A program made the position numbers and the translations under genes. This document shows, one piece after another, positions 38,977 to 49,899 of a DNA stretch of 64,000 nt; the first letter of the stretch is position 1; each line of letters begins with the position of its first letter. The notes beneath the pieces are model-generated. The model was not told where the DNA came from and ran no database searches. It was given only the letters and a program-made list of their open reading frames with translations. The DNA is taken from NCBI RefSeq assembly GCF_036588685.1, contig NC_086376.1, positions 26,412,001-26,476,000 on the forward strand, given 5' to 3'. Source of the DNA: Mytilus trossulus (taxonomy: Eukaryota).

Positions 38977-39349
38977 TACAACAAAGGATACTACAGCAAT
39001 GCAACATGATTCACTTTAAAGCAAACTATGAGTAAAGTTGATGATGAGGAAGGAAAATTAGTGCTTGTTCAATAAGTGGAACCAAGCGTGTTGTCAAAGA
39101 CAAGTTACAATCTAGTAGTAATACATTGTATTTGATGGTATTATCTATTATCGGACCACAGATGAATTATCACGTTGTGATTGGTTAAACGCCGTCACGT
39201 GGTGACCCCCTATGAGACCGTATGGGGTTAGTAAGTTTCATATGGGGTTCATGACGCGTTTACGGCGACGTCATCTATTAATTTTGTTGTGTTTCATTGT
39301 TTATTTTTCAACAAAACGCCGCAGAAAAAGTCCAGCGTCCGATAAATTC

Positions 39350-39490
39350 GTTATATGGTTAACTACTGACCCCCTACGGATTCATAGAGGGTGAATAAAA
39401 TCCATAGGGGACTCGGCCTCCGACCTCACCCTCTATGGATTTTACTAACCCTCTATGGATCCGTACGGGGTCAGTAGCGAACCATATAAC
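39350..39490. repeat. Long imperfect palindrome (about 60-bp arms) within a probable non-autonomous element
   Basis: GTTATATGGTT..CTACTGACCCC.TACGGAT.CATAGAGGGT..TAAAATCCATAG and its reverse complement. Confidence 0.85.
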
Positions 39491-39859
39491 TTAGAGAGGT
39501 AGAAGTGGACAATCATAAATATTTAGCTTCGATAATTCAAACATAAACGTGGTCATTTACGAAACATATTTTCAACAATGATAAACAATCATTATGGAGT
39601 CCATACCAGAAATATACCAAATATATGACTTTAACTTGATTATGAAGAATCCAATTCCAAAAGCTTCCTGTAATCAAAACCCACTAGTATGACAAACATG
39701 AGAGAAAAAACGAGACCAGTAACGTGATATTGTCTATTTGCTGATGGGCTGTTGTTACAAATAAATTAATATGATAAGTCCACTCCTGACCCACACTGTC
39801 AGCGTATAGATGTAGAAACACATGTGGGCACGGGAAAATTCCGTTTCCATTTAGATCAG

Positions 39860-41115
39860 TTCGTTTCTGTGTGTGTTACATTTTAATGTTGTGTCGTCAT
39901 TCTCTTATATTTACTGCGTTTACCTCGGTTTTAATTTGTGACCAGGATTTGTTTTTTTTCTATCGATTTAAGAGTTTTGAACATCGGTATACTACTGTTG
40001 CCTTTATTTATCAGCAGATTAAGCAGCTAGGTTCTTACTTAAAGATAGATTATAAAACAAAATCTGACATAAATATCCAATTTTATATTGAAACAGATTT
40101 AAGCTTCACTTAATGGGTCGAACGTATGTTTTTCGAAACTTGACACCAAACATTAAAATGAGCGTGTAGATGGAAAAACAACGCCATGCCAATTAAGGAC
40201 AAATGATCACAAATTCCTTTGTGACGAACTTAACACTGACTAGCTAAATAGAGGCAACAGTAGTGTACCGCTTTTCGAAATTCAGAAATCGATATTGAGA
40301 AAAAAATCATCCTGGTTTCAAACTAAAACTGAGTGAAACACAACAAAAATAAGAGGAGAACAACGACACAACAGAAACACAACACTAAAATGCAACACAC
40401 ACAGACAAAAATTCTATAATAATATACCAATGACAATTTTCCTGACTTGGTACAGGAGATTCTAAGAATGGTGGATTGAACCTGGTTTTGCAGCTAGCCA
40501 AACCTCTCACTTATATGGCAATATTAAATATAACACTAAAATGACACCATTACATGACAAGAATACAGTTCAAATTAATTCAAGAAAATTTAGGGCAGGA
40601 AATTAGTCAAAGAAACAATACAATATAGTACATTTCGACAACGAAACAACAGAAACACTGAAGTGAACAAAAACAAAAAACAATGCAACACAAACAGAAA
40701 CAAACTATTCGACAACAATTGTAATTGTTCTTACTTGGTACAGGACATGCTTTTAGAAGAAAGAAAAAATGGTTGATTGAAACTGTTATTGTGGCTAGCC
40801 CAACCTCCCGATTTATATCCATTTTATTTGAAAAGTAATTTTTTGTAAATTTGTCTTGGCATCAGAATCCGGGAACATGTTTGAGACAGAATTGCATTTT
40901 AGAAACAATACTCAAATGATGACGTTCCATATACATTAAACAAAATGGAACAGGTAAATAAAGACAACTGAAGTATACCGCTGCTAAAAAATCATAAATC
41001 GATTGAGAGAAACAAATCCGGCTTACAAACTAAAACAGCGAGAAGCACATCAACTATAAGAGGAAAATAACGAAATAACAGAACACAGAAGTGCAACAAA
41101 AGAAACAAACAGCTA
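39860..41115. repeat. Cluster of family E repeat fragments in both orientations
   Basis: Terminus AAAGGCAACAGTAGTATACCG and variants at about 39985-40008, 40250 and 40960; also near 33875, 38048 and 60720-61062. Confidence 0.7.
40430..40521 (-). ncRNA. Twister-like motif, family E variant
   Basis: GAGGT with loop TACCAAGT; CAA-TCC-AC; CCTG/CAGG. Confidence 0.55.
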
Positions 41116-41263
41116 ACACATGTATTTGCAGGGGAATTTTTATACACAGTATTTCGTTCGTATGGACAAGATTTCTTATCTTATAATAAAACAAATGATT
41201 AAAGTAAAAAATACATGCCTAACTTATGAATAATTTAGATTTAAACTTGCTTGAGCGTGTTCA

Positions 41264-42803
41264 TGTAAAAGGTGATTTCTGGACAGTCAAATAATAACAA
41301 GTCCAATTCATCTTAGTCTAGGGTTCTTTATTCAACAATGATGTAATCATATAATTATTACAAACCCTACAAAATATAACAAGATACATATTAAACACAT
41401 TAATCTAAAACTACTATATTATACTGTGTTACAGTTATTATACCATTACTGCAGATCAACATAAAATCAGAACATTGAATGTTTATAGTTCTTATACAAT
41501 ATCAATACACAAGGTGACATGACATGCCTGATGATAATTAACACTTGCAAATATTCACTCATCGTTCATATACAATCATCAGCTTTGACAATTAAACATA
41601 CTACTATAATGTCAAGATCATATAACACTATTTCAATTAACTAAATAGATATATGTAAATCCATATTCTACAAATAACCATAGCATATATATCAACGGTA
41701 GATAACTCTATATTATATCAAATGTTCTTCACTGTCTTACATGAACACTATATATTATGCTATTTCAAGTATACATAAACTCACCAGTCTGTGGAACTGA
41801 GTTTAATAACTAACATCGACAGTCTACACAATATTAACAGTAACGATCTTCATACTTCTACAGTAATGGTAACAGAGGTTCACATCAAATATGGTTCTGT
41901 AAACAATGTATGACAATAATAAGTAATCTGACTTTAATATCTTAAAGGCATTATACAATTCATAATAAATTATACTAATCTTTATCTTTCATCTCGAATT
42001 CACAATTATAAATATAAGTAATCTTATTTCAATACTAAAAACATTAAGTACAAGTACAATTGTACTGTTAATTACATCACATTGGATATACCAATGTCAT
42101 TTCATGACTACATGACAAAAGGTCAAGGTCATTCATAAAAATAGATTAAATCTCTCTTTCTAACATTTATACTAAAATCTCTCAAATAAATCAGATTCAA
42201 ACAACACTCAAAGCACACTCTTTCATAGGGCTGGGAAGCTTACCAAAATGAATGTAATAAACATTCATTTTAAAGTTATGGATCCAGTTCATCCAAGACA
42301 CCTCAAAGAGTACAAAATGTAACTTACCATATAAAGTCATGATGTCCTGTTCCAGAATGAATTCCTTCACTATACTAATCCATAGATCTTATGGAACTAC
42401 TAATCAAACACAATATAGTCTATGAGCACAAAGTGCATCAAAACATACGAATATATCAGGATCACAACAAAGACATCAATCCTCCATTACTGTTTTCAAA
42501 ACTACCACCAAAACTGGGGGCAAGGCTTAATAAACCAATCAGAATACAAGAAAACCTATACACTCTAGTGAACAGTGAGTACTGATAGTAAAATCAATAA
42601 TAGGTAAATGCTACAAGGTAAACAGTTATATTAAATGGATCAATGAATAATCAATAGGCAATCAATAGGCAATCAATAGAATAAAGGTAAACTAAGTAAA
42701 CTACTCTGCAAATGAAAGAATATAATAAATGGTGTCTCAGAATAACCTATTAAACATATAAAATATATAAATGATTAATATGATAAAAATCCACTCTACC
42801 ACA
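41264..42803 (-). repeat. 3' LTR (1540 bp)
   Basis: Preceded on the minus strand by the polypurine tract; minus-strand AATAAA at 41327-41332; AATCAATAG(GC) x3 repeat near 42648-42680. Confidence 0.97.
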
Positions 42804-42817
42804 TCCTCCCCTCTGTT
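42804..42817 (-). other. Polypurine tract
   Basis: Minus strand AACAGAGGGGAGGA directly abutting the 3' LTR. Confidence 0.9.
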
Positions 42818-42889
42818 GGAGAATGTCTTCCATGACATCACAAATATCTCTCCTCCTCCTGAGAAAAAATATGACGTCCTCGTAATCAA

Positions 42890-45800
42890 TCACTTCTCAG
42901 TCGCAATCTTCAAAAGGCCTGCTAGAATCTGGTCCTCCATGCCTTTGAATGTACCGCTAGAAGCAATATCCTTCAGATAATCTGCTCTACTCTTCCAGTC
43001 AGGTTGTGGCTGACTCTTCTTGGATACTACAAAATCCTTATACTTCGTGGTAGCTGTCAATGTTCTGGCACGTACAGATCTTCTCGGTTGAACTTCTATC
43101 CATGGTGCTTCAATGTCCGGTTGAGGGACATTATCTACTGTTTCATCAACAGTCCTGTCTTGCCCAGGTTCCTCTGTATCATCAAATAATGTAGCGTCAG
43201 CTACTTGTTGATCGGTCTCTGACACTTCATCAAGCTCAAGTACTGGATCAACTGTATCATTCTTTTCAGATGGAAGGTCGTCACCCTCAATTCCAGTATC
43301 TTGCTGTTCAGCAACGTGTTCCTGATCGTCATCATCCTCGTCCTGAACGGTATCATCATCATCCTGAGTTTCTAACTCATCAAAAGTACTATGTGGAGCA
43401 CTTAAGTCTTCAACGTCAGGTTCTGTAACCACATAAACCAAATAATCGTCATCACTTTCTTCATCAGAACTTGTCAGAGTGCTATCATGAAGACTTGGCG
43501 TTGGTTGTGGATCTGTTTCTCTATTCTTCCTGGGTCTTAATCGTGGTGCAGGAGTAGGTCTAGGCTTCTCCTTTTCTTCATCTTCATCGATGGAAACTGA
43601 ACCAATAGGTAACAGTAGGTTCCTATGTAAGGTTCTCTTTCTTCCATGTCCGCTTTCCTTCCTAACTGTAAAGACTGGGATAGTGGAGTTAGGTTGATCT
43701 AATATGACGTAGCTGTCATTCTCCCATTTATCAGATAGCTTGTGCTTTCCATCGAAACTCAGAATCTTTACGAGTACTCGGTCGCCTGGAAGTAATATGG
43801 CTCCACGCACTTTGTTGTCATAATGTTTCTTCTGACGTCCTTGAGCTATCTTTGCTGAATTCGTAGCTAACTCATACGATTTCTTCAGTCTTTCTTTTAA
43901 ATTCTCAACATACTTCGTATTTGTCTTCTGTTCTTTCGTTGTTTCTATTCCTAGTGCAAGATCTATAGGCAGGCGTGGTTCTCTGCCAAACATCAGAGCA
44001 AATGGTGAAAATCCTGTCGTTTCCTGTTTTGTGCTGTTATATGCGTGAACAATTGGACCTAGGTATGATTTCCAATCTGCTTTCTGATGATTCTGTAATG
44101 TGCCAAGCATACTCAATAAAGTGCGATTGAAACGTTCGCATTGGCCATTACCCATGGGATGGTATGGTGTTGTTCTTGACTTCTTGACACCAGTTATACT
44201 GCAAAGTTCTTTCATCAAACGACTTTCAAAGTTTCCTCCTTGGTCCGAATGTATGCGTTCTGGAAGACCATAGTGTACCACGTAGTTATTAAAGAACGCT
44301 TCTGCTGTTGTTCTTGCACTCATGTTCCTAGTTGGTATCGCCTGTGCGTATCTTGTAAAATGGTCGGTTATTACTAAGATGTGCTGAAAACCACCTTTCG
44401 AAAGTTCTAGTGTAAGGAAATCCATACAAACAATTTCCATTGGTTGTATTGTTCGGATGTTCGTCAATGGAGCTCTTTGGTTGGGTAGCTGTTTTCTTTT
44501 TAAACATCTTGGGCATTTCTGTATCCACTCTTCAATATCCTTCGTCATTCCATGCCAATAAAATCTGTCCTTCACTAAAGATGTTGTCCTATCACGACCT
44601 TGATGACCCATGTCGTTGTGAAGAGAACGTAGAATTGATGTTATCTGTGAAGTTGGTAAGACAAGCTGATCTTTTGTGTCTCCATTAACAGTTGTTCTAC
44701 GATAAAGGATTCCATTCTGTATAACCAGTTTGTCAAAGTTGGCGAAGAGCTGGTTATGTGCAGGTGAAGACGGTATATCTTCCTTTCGTGGTTTCTGTCT
44801 ATGCGATAGATAATCTATCCAAGTTCTTATCACTGGATCACGTAGTTGCTCTTCTCTGATGTCGATCTTTGTGGTTGATGCTGTATCCACTTTACTAGCA
44901 AGATCCTTTGTAGTTACTGCAAGACATTCTACATATGGTTGTTGTTGTATCGAACTACAAATAGCTTTCACACTCTCTGTTGAGATGTTTGTTGGATCTT
45001 TAATACTTTCTTTTCCATGTATATCCGGTGTGCAATCTTGTTGACTGATAATCGCTGGCAATCTAGATAATCCATCAGCGTCGGCGTTGTTACGGCCTGG
45101 TCTGTATATGATGTTAAAATCAAAGGCAGCTAAAGCAGCAATCCATCTGTGACCTGTCACATCAAGCTTCGCAGACGTCAATACATACGTTAATGGATTA
45201 TTATCTGTGTAGACGGTAAACTTGTTTCCCTGCAGATAATCTCCAAACTTCTCTGTTACTGCCCACTTTAGTGCTTGGAATTCCTGTTTATGGACTGGGT
45301 AATTCCGTTCTGTCTTTGAGAGACCTCGGCTGGCATAGGCTATAACTCTCTTGTGTTCTCCCTGTTGCTGGTATAAAACGGCTCCAAGTCCTGTCTGACA
45401 TGCATCGGTGTGCACTTCGAAAGGCTTCTTGTAGTCAGGAAAACCAAGAATCGGCGGTGATGACAAGTGCGACTTCAATGTCTCAAAAGCTTCATTCTGT
45501 TCTTTGTTCCAGTGCCAAGATGTTGGTTCTATTGGTTTCTTCTTTCCTCTTGTTTTCTTTTTACATGTCGTTGGCATCAAATCTGTTAAGGGTCGTGCAA
45601 TCTTTGAAAAATCCCTGATAAATTTCCTGTAATAGCCAACAAATCCCAGGAACTGGCGTACTTCTTCTGGGGTCTTTGGTCTTGGCCAGGTGGCTACTTT
45701 TTCCACTTTCTCAGGATCTGGCTCTACACCATCAGCAGAAACAATGTGTCCGATGTACTTAACTCTTCTCTGTAAGAATGAACATTTCTTTGGTGATAAC

Positions 45801-48367
45801 TTAAGTCCTACATCACGGAGTCTCTGGATAATTCTCTCTAGGCGTACAAGGTGTTCATCTATGGACTTCGAGAAGATAATAAGATCGTCTAGGTAGATGT
45901 AACATATACGTGTGTGTAAATCACCTAAGCATTCCTCCATGAGTCTTTGGTACGTAGCTGGTGCGTTGGAGAGTCCAAATGGAAGTCTGTTGAACTCGAA
46001 AAATCCTAACGGTCCAACGGTGAAGGCGGTGCGTTGTTTATGTTCCTCCTCAATCTCCACTTGATGGTACCCGCTCTTCATATCTAGCACTGTAAAATAT
46101 GTGTTGCCTCCTAAGGAATCCAGAATCTCTTCAATGCGTGGAAGCGCATATGAATCTTTAATGGTCTTTAGGTTAAGCTGACGGTAGTCTACACACATTC
46201 TAAGCTTTCCGTCCTTCTTACGTACTAATACTACATTCGATGACCAGGGTGAATGGGATCTTCTTATCACTCCTGCTGATAACAGTTGTTGCAAATGGTT
46301 ACGGACCTCTTCTAGCATAGATGGTGGTATTCGTCTGTGACGCTGCTTGAAGGGAACATTGTCTATCAAATCGATACGGTGACGTACTGCTGAAGTGTGT
46401 CCAATATCATCGTCTCCTTTTGAAAATATATCTTGGTATCTGTGTATGAGCTCTTTTCCTCTTTCATAGTCATCATCAGTTAGATCATCCATCGGTAATT
46501 TAATGTCCTTCATGATATCTTTAAATTCTTTTTCCTCCGGTGTAACAATATCTTCAATGTCAACTGGTTGAATTTCGCAAATGAGAGCTCGTGGTTGTAG
46601 TGTAACGGTTCTTGTTGTGACGTTTGGTATGTGTATTGGTATACTTCCTCGTTGTTGACAATCGTAAGTTATTACTGTTGGCATGATATCTAAATCTTCT
46701 GGTAAAGCTGAATTAATAGTTGGTTGTAGTATAGCACACATTTGTTGTTGTTGAAGCTGTTTGTCCAAATATCCATTGATTACAACTTGAGAGTTAGCTG
46801 GTATTGTAATCGCGTGTGTTTCGGCGGATTTCACAACTGCTAATCGGTTATGACATCTTTCCAATTCCTTGTTTCTAAGATTCATGCATCGGAATGCCAA
46901 ATACCATGGAGTGTGTAGATTAGCTTCTTGTAAATACCTTGGTCCAGTGTTCTGTTCTACTTCCTGCATTACAACTGACATGATGTTTGTTCCTATCAAT
47001 AATGGTACGGTTATGTTGTATTCGCTGTCCGGTATTACTAGAAATATGCCTGGATATGATGATCTTGTAGAAGATATTCCATGTAGTTGAAGGTCTGCTT
47101 CGATGTAACCAAGATAAGGCATTGATAGTCCGTCTGCACATTCTATCTTCAATATACGGGTAAGTGATTCAATCGGTGTAGATCTCATGTGTCTGTTGTA
47201 AAATGACTCGCTGATCGTTGAAACCGATGATCCTGTATCCAGCAATGCTTTTGTATCTATTCCATTTATGCTGATGGAAACTTCATTTGCCGGTCCGCAT
47301 AATCTATCTTCTTTGTTGTTTGTAGTTGGTGCTGATTGATAATCATTCGTAACTAGTTGATAATTCATGGCTCGATCAAATTTCCTAGAGTTATCCAGTC
47401 TTACTTTACATCCTATGGCAATATGGCCAAGTTGTCCACATCTCCAACATGTTTTCTGATGTTTCTCTCGTCTCTTATTCATATCCAATGGTCTATATGC
47501 TATAGTTTCATCTGGTGTTTGATGTATCATATTTGTCCTGTTAAGCTTACTGTTGTTGATCAATTGTTCTTGTCGTTTCTCTAAAAGTTCAATCTGTGAC
47601 ATCAACTGTTTAACTACAATCTCCATTTCGTTCTTATCCTTCTTCCTTGGTGCATTCACTCTCTTAGCTGGTATAGGTTTCTTTTGACTAGGTGTGTTCT
47701 CTTTGGTATATTCCTTCTGTTGATGTTCCAATTCTCGCATCGCCAATAAAAGATGGTTGAAATCCTTGATCGTATCAAACTTGTATCCTGAAATTCTCTT
47801 GAGTTCCGGTTTTAATCCTTTCCAAAACATTGATCGTAACATATCTTCTGCATCTTCCTCATAAATCTTTCCTTGACGGCGTGCTTTGTTGTAAATGTCT
47901 TCTAAGCGACATCCCCAGGTGGAAACATCTTCATCTTGTTCCTGTCTGGCTGTGTAAAACTGTGCCAATAACGCTTCCTTTGGATCTACAATTCCATAAA
48001 TACTATCCATCTTGTCGATGATGTCGTCGACAGTAGCTTTAGGGCCTAATCGCATGACTATCTTGCTAGGTTCTCCTCTAAGTGAACGTCTAATGGCCTG
48101 AGCAATTACTTCATGTGCATAGTTTTCTATGATAAGACATAACACTTGGTACCTCCATACTTCATAGGTGTTGTCTCCTTTATTGTCTCCGGAGAAGGTA
48201 GGAATCTTTGGTATATATCCAGTATATAATGATTTCTGATGTGAGAACTCCTTCATCCAATCTTTAAATGCATCTGGAGATTCTGCATTTGGCTTCATAT
48301 GCATATCCTTGAAGGCAGCAATGATGTTCCGAACTTCCTCTTCTGTTAAATCAACTGATGTATCCAT
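42890..48367 (-). CDS. Gag-Pol polyprotein: PNMA-like capsid, CCHC zinc knuckle, aspartic protease, RT, RNase H, integrase, acidic C-terminal tail
   Basis: Frame open 42890-48535; likely start MDTSVDL at 48367; motifs CWRCGQLGHIAIGC, LLDTGS, LPFGLSNAPATYQ, YLDD, TDACQTGLGAVL, HNDMGH...CPRC, MDF...SDQG...E. Confidence 0.95.
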   Translation of the reverse strand: MDTSVDLTEEEVRNIIAAFKDMHMKPNAESPDAFKDWMKEFSHQKSLYTGYIPKIPTFSGDNKGDNTYEVWRYQVLCLIIENYAHEVIAQAIRRSLRGEPSKIVMRLGPKATVDDIIDKMDSIYGIVDPKEALLAQFYTARQEQDEDVSTWGCRLEDIYNKARRQGKIYEEDAEDMLRSMFWKGLKPELKRISGYKFDTIKDFNHLLLAMRELEHQQKEYTKENTPSQKKPIPAKRVNAPRKKDKNEMEIVVKQLMSQIELLEKRQEQLINNSKLNRTNMIHQTPDETIAYRPLDMNKRREKHQKTCWRCGQLGHIAIGCKVRLDNSRKFDRAMNYQLVTNDYQSAPTTNNKEDRLCGPANEVSISINGIDTKALLDTGSSVSTISESFYNRHMRSTPIESLTRILKIECADGLSMPYLGYIEADLQLHGISSTRSSYPGIFLVIPDSEYNITVPLLIGTNIMSVVMQEVEQNTGPRYLQEANLHTPWYLAFRCMNLRNKELERCHNRLAVVKSAETHAITIPANSQVVINGYLDKQLQQQQMCAILQPTINSALPEDLDIMPTVITYDCQQRGSIPIHIPNVTTRTVTLQPRALICEIQPVDIEDIVTPEEKEFKDIMKDIKLPMDDLTDDDYERGKELIHRYQDIFSKGDDDIGHTSAVRHRIDLIDNVPFKQRHRRIPPSMLEEVRNHLQQLLSAGVIRRSHSPWSSNVVLVRKKDGKLRMCVDYRQLNLKTIKDSYALPRIEEILDSLGGNTYFTVLDMKSGYHQVEIEEEHKQRTAFTVGPLGFFEFNRLPFGLSNAPATYQRLMEECLGDLHTRICYIYLDDLIIFSKSIDEHLVRLERIIQRLRDVGLKLSPKKCSFLQRRVKYIGHIVSADGVEPDPEKVEKVATWPRPKTPEEVRQFLGFVGYYRKFIRDFSKIARPLTDLMPTTCKKKTRGKKKPIEPTSWHWNKEQNEAFETLKSHLSSPPILGFPDYKKPFEVHTDACQTGLGAVLYQQQGEHKRVIAYASRGLSKTERNYPVHKQEFQALKWAVTEKFGDYLQGNKFTVYTDNNPLTYVLTSAKLDVTGHRWIAALAAFDFNIIYRPGRNNADADGLSRLPAIISQQDCTPDIHGKESIKDPTNISTESVKAICSSIQQQPYVECLAVTTKDLASKVDTASTTKIDIREEQLRDPVIRTWIDYLSHRQKPRKEDIPSSPAHNQLFANFDKLVIQNGILYRRTTVNGDTKDQLVLPTSQITSILRSLHNDMGHQGRDRTTSLVKDRFYWHGMTKDIEEWIQKCPRCLKRKQLPNQRAPLTNIRTIQPMEIVCMDFLTLELSKGGFQHILVITDHFTRYAQAIPTRNMSARTTAEAFFNNYVVHYGLPERIHSDQGGNFESRLMKELCSITGVKKSRTTPYHPMGNGQCERFNRTLLSMLGTLQNHQKADWKSYLGPIVHAYNSTKQETTGFSPFALMFGREPRLPIDLALGIETTKEQKTNTKYVENLKERLKKSYELATNSAKIAQGRQKKHYDNKVRGAILLPGDRVLVKILSFDGKHKLSDKWENDSYVILDQPNSTIPVFTVRKESGHGRKRTLHRNLLLPIGSVSIDEDEEKEKPRPTPAPRLRPRKNRETDPQPTPSLHDSTLTSSDEESDDDYLVYVVTEPDVEDLSAPHSTFDELETQDDDDTVQDEDDDDQEHVAEQQDTGIEGDDLPSEKNDTVDPVLELDEVSETDQQVADATLFDDTEEPGQDRTVDETVDNVPQPDIEAPWIEVQPRRSVRARTLTATTKYKDFVVSKKSQPQPDWKSRADYLKDIASSGTFKGMEDQILAGLLKIATEK

Positions 48368-49885
48368 GATAATAGACAACTGATAAAAAATCAGTGCAAG
48401 AAAAAATAATCTGAAAGCAATATACTCAAAAGTCATGAGATATAATGCTAAAGTAAAATAAGAATTAGAGTGGTAAAAACAAAGATAGTAACCTGAAATA
48501 AGAATTGTCTGATTAACTATGTATGCATATACCAAATAACACTAATCTAATATTACAAAGTAATAAAACTAATAACTCACCCCTGCTTAGTAATTCATCT
48601 GTGTCTTCAATCACACATTCACTATGTTACCTGTGTGTGATCACAATACATCAATATGTGTACACCCAAAAGGTATACCTAGTACCAAGAACTAGAACTA
48701 CAAAGATGTACAACTATACAAACTCAGTCTCAAACACCAGTCACAATAACCAAACCAAATCAATAAATACCTGGTTCCTACAACTTCTAGTTGCTAAACT
48801 AAGTAATCCTGGTCTTCGTGAACTTTCGTCTATACTTACTTAATGTGGATATCTATTTCCACTATAAGCTTAAATATTTCTGACCGATGAACACTAAACG
48901 AAAGGACAACTACAACTGGGTATGGCTTACTTATTTACTAACCTGTTGTATTATGATATCTCAAATCATATAGTGCTACATGAATAATATGGCTTATTAT
49001 ACTTCTAATGTGTTCTGCTATAATGTGCCTTTTACCTGATGGTTTCCTCAAAAAGTCTTATGTAATGCTAAATGGGACTCGCTTTCGCTCACTTTTACAT
49101 ATACATATTTTATTCTTTATTACACAATTACAGAAATATCAATTTATATCTATATTGACACAATTTCAGATATAACAATATGACACAAAGTAATTACATT
49201 ATAGTTTCACCTAGTAACTAGTACAGTGTTACTTCAAATAACAATTAATAGAAATTCTAAAGAAAATATGCTCTAATTTTGAATGAAAAATGAACGGAAA
49301 AGATATTTAAAAGCCAAAATTTAAAGATAACTTTTGAATAAAAAAAAATATATTTCAAAAATATACACTAATCTGTGTCCACACTTTTGAAAAAAAATTA
49401 CACACCAATCTGTGTCCACACTTTTGAAGAAAAAAATTTTAGATTCACAAATGAAACAATCAAATGATTTTTTTTAAATATACACACAAAATTTAAAACA
49501 TGTAGTCTATATGTTCACTAAACAGTCTTTATCTGTATCTGTCAATACACACTAAAGTAGTAATTCTTTTCACAACTAATTATACAACTACTTTCCAAAT
49601 AATTTAAATACACTAAGTATTTCAAGTACACTACTATACACTGACAATAATTTACATATAAGTTTAAACAGTGTAGGTAATATATCTATTCAATGTCAAT
49701 CTAGTTTATTTATTTATTAATAATAATCACTCAGTTAGTCTTTATAATCGTATGTGATTAATACAGGTAAAATCTTTATATATTTTTCCACATATCGAAC
49801 CAATTACAAATAGTCAATATCTAGTACGGCTCATCATCTTTACAATAACTTCATCATATCTGCTGTACATGCCAGGTTCTTCGAA

Positions 49886-49898
49886 ACGTTGGGCGCCA
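49886..49898 (-). other. Primer-binding site, tRNA-Lys(CUU) type
   Basis: Minus strand reads TGGCGCCCAACGT one nucleotide after the 5' LTR, matching the first 13 nt of the tRNA-Lys1,2 PBS. Confidence 0.9.
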
Positions 49899-49899
49899 A

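Noticed and set aside
42391-42585. Identical 64-aa ORFs at 42391 and 51027
   Set aside because: Result of LTR duplication; antisense to the element and no motif
42818-42889. env-like ORF in the LTR element
   Set aside because: Only about 70 bp between the pol stop and the PPT
48368-48535. Hydrophobic 56-aa N-terminal extension of gag-pol
   Set aside because: Reads through T-rich leader or intron sequence; the ATG at 48367 is the more plausible start
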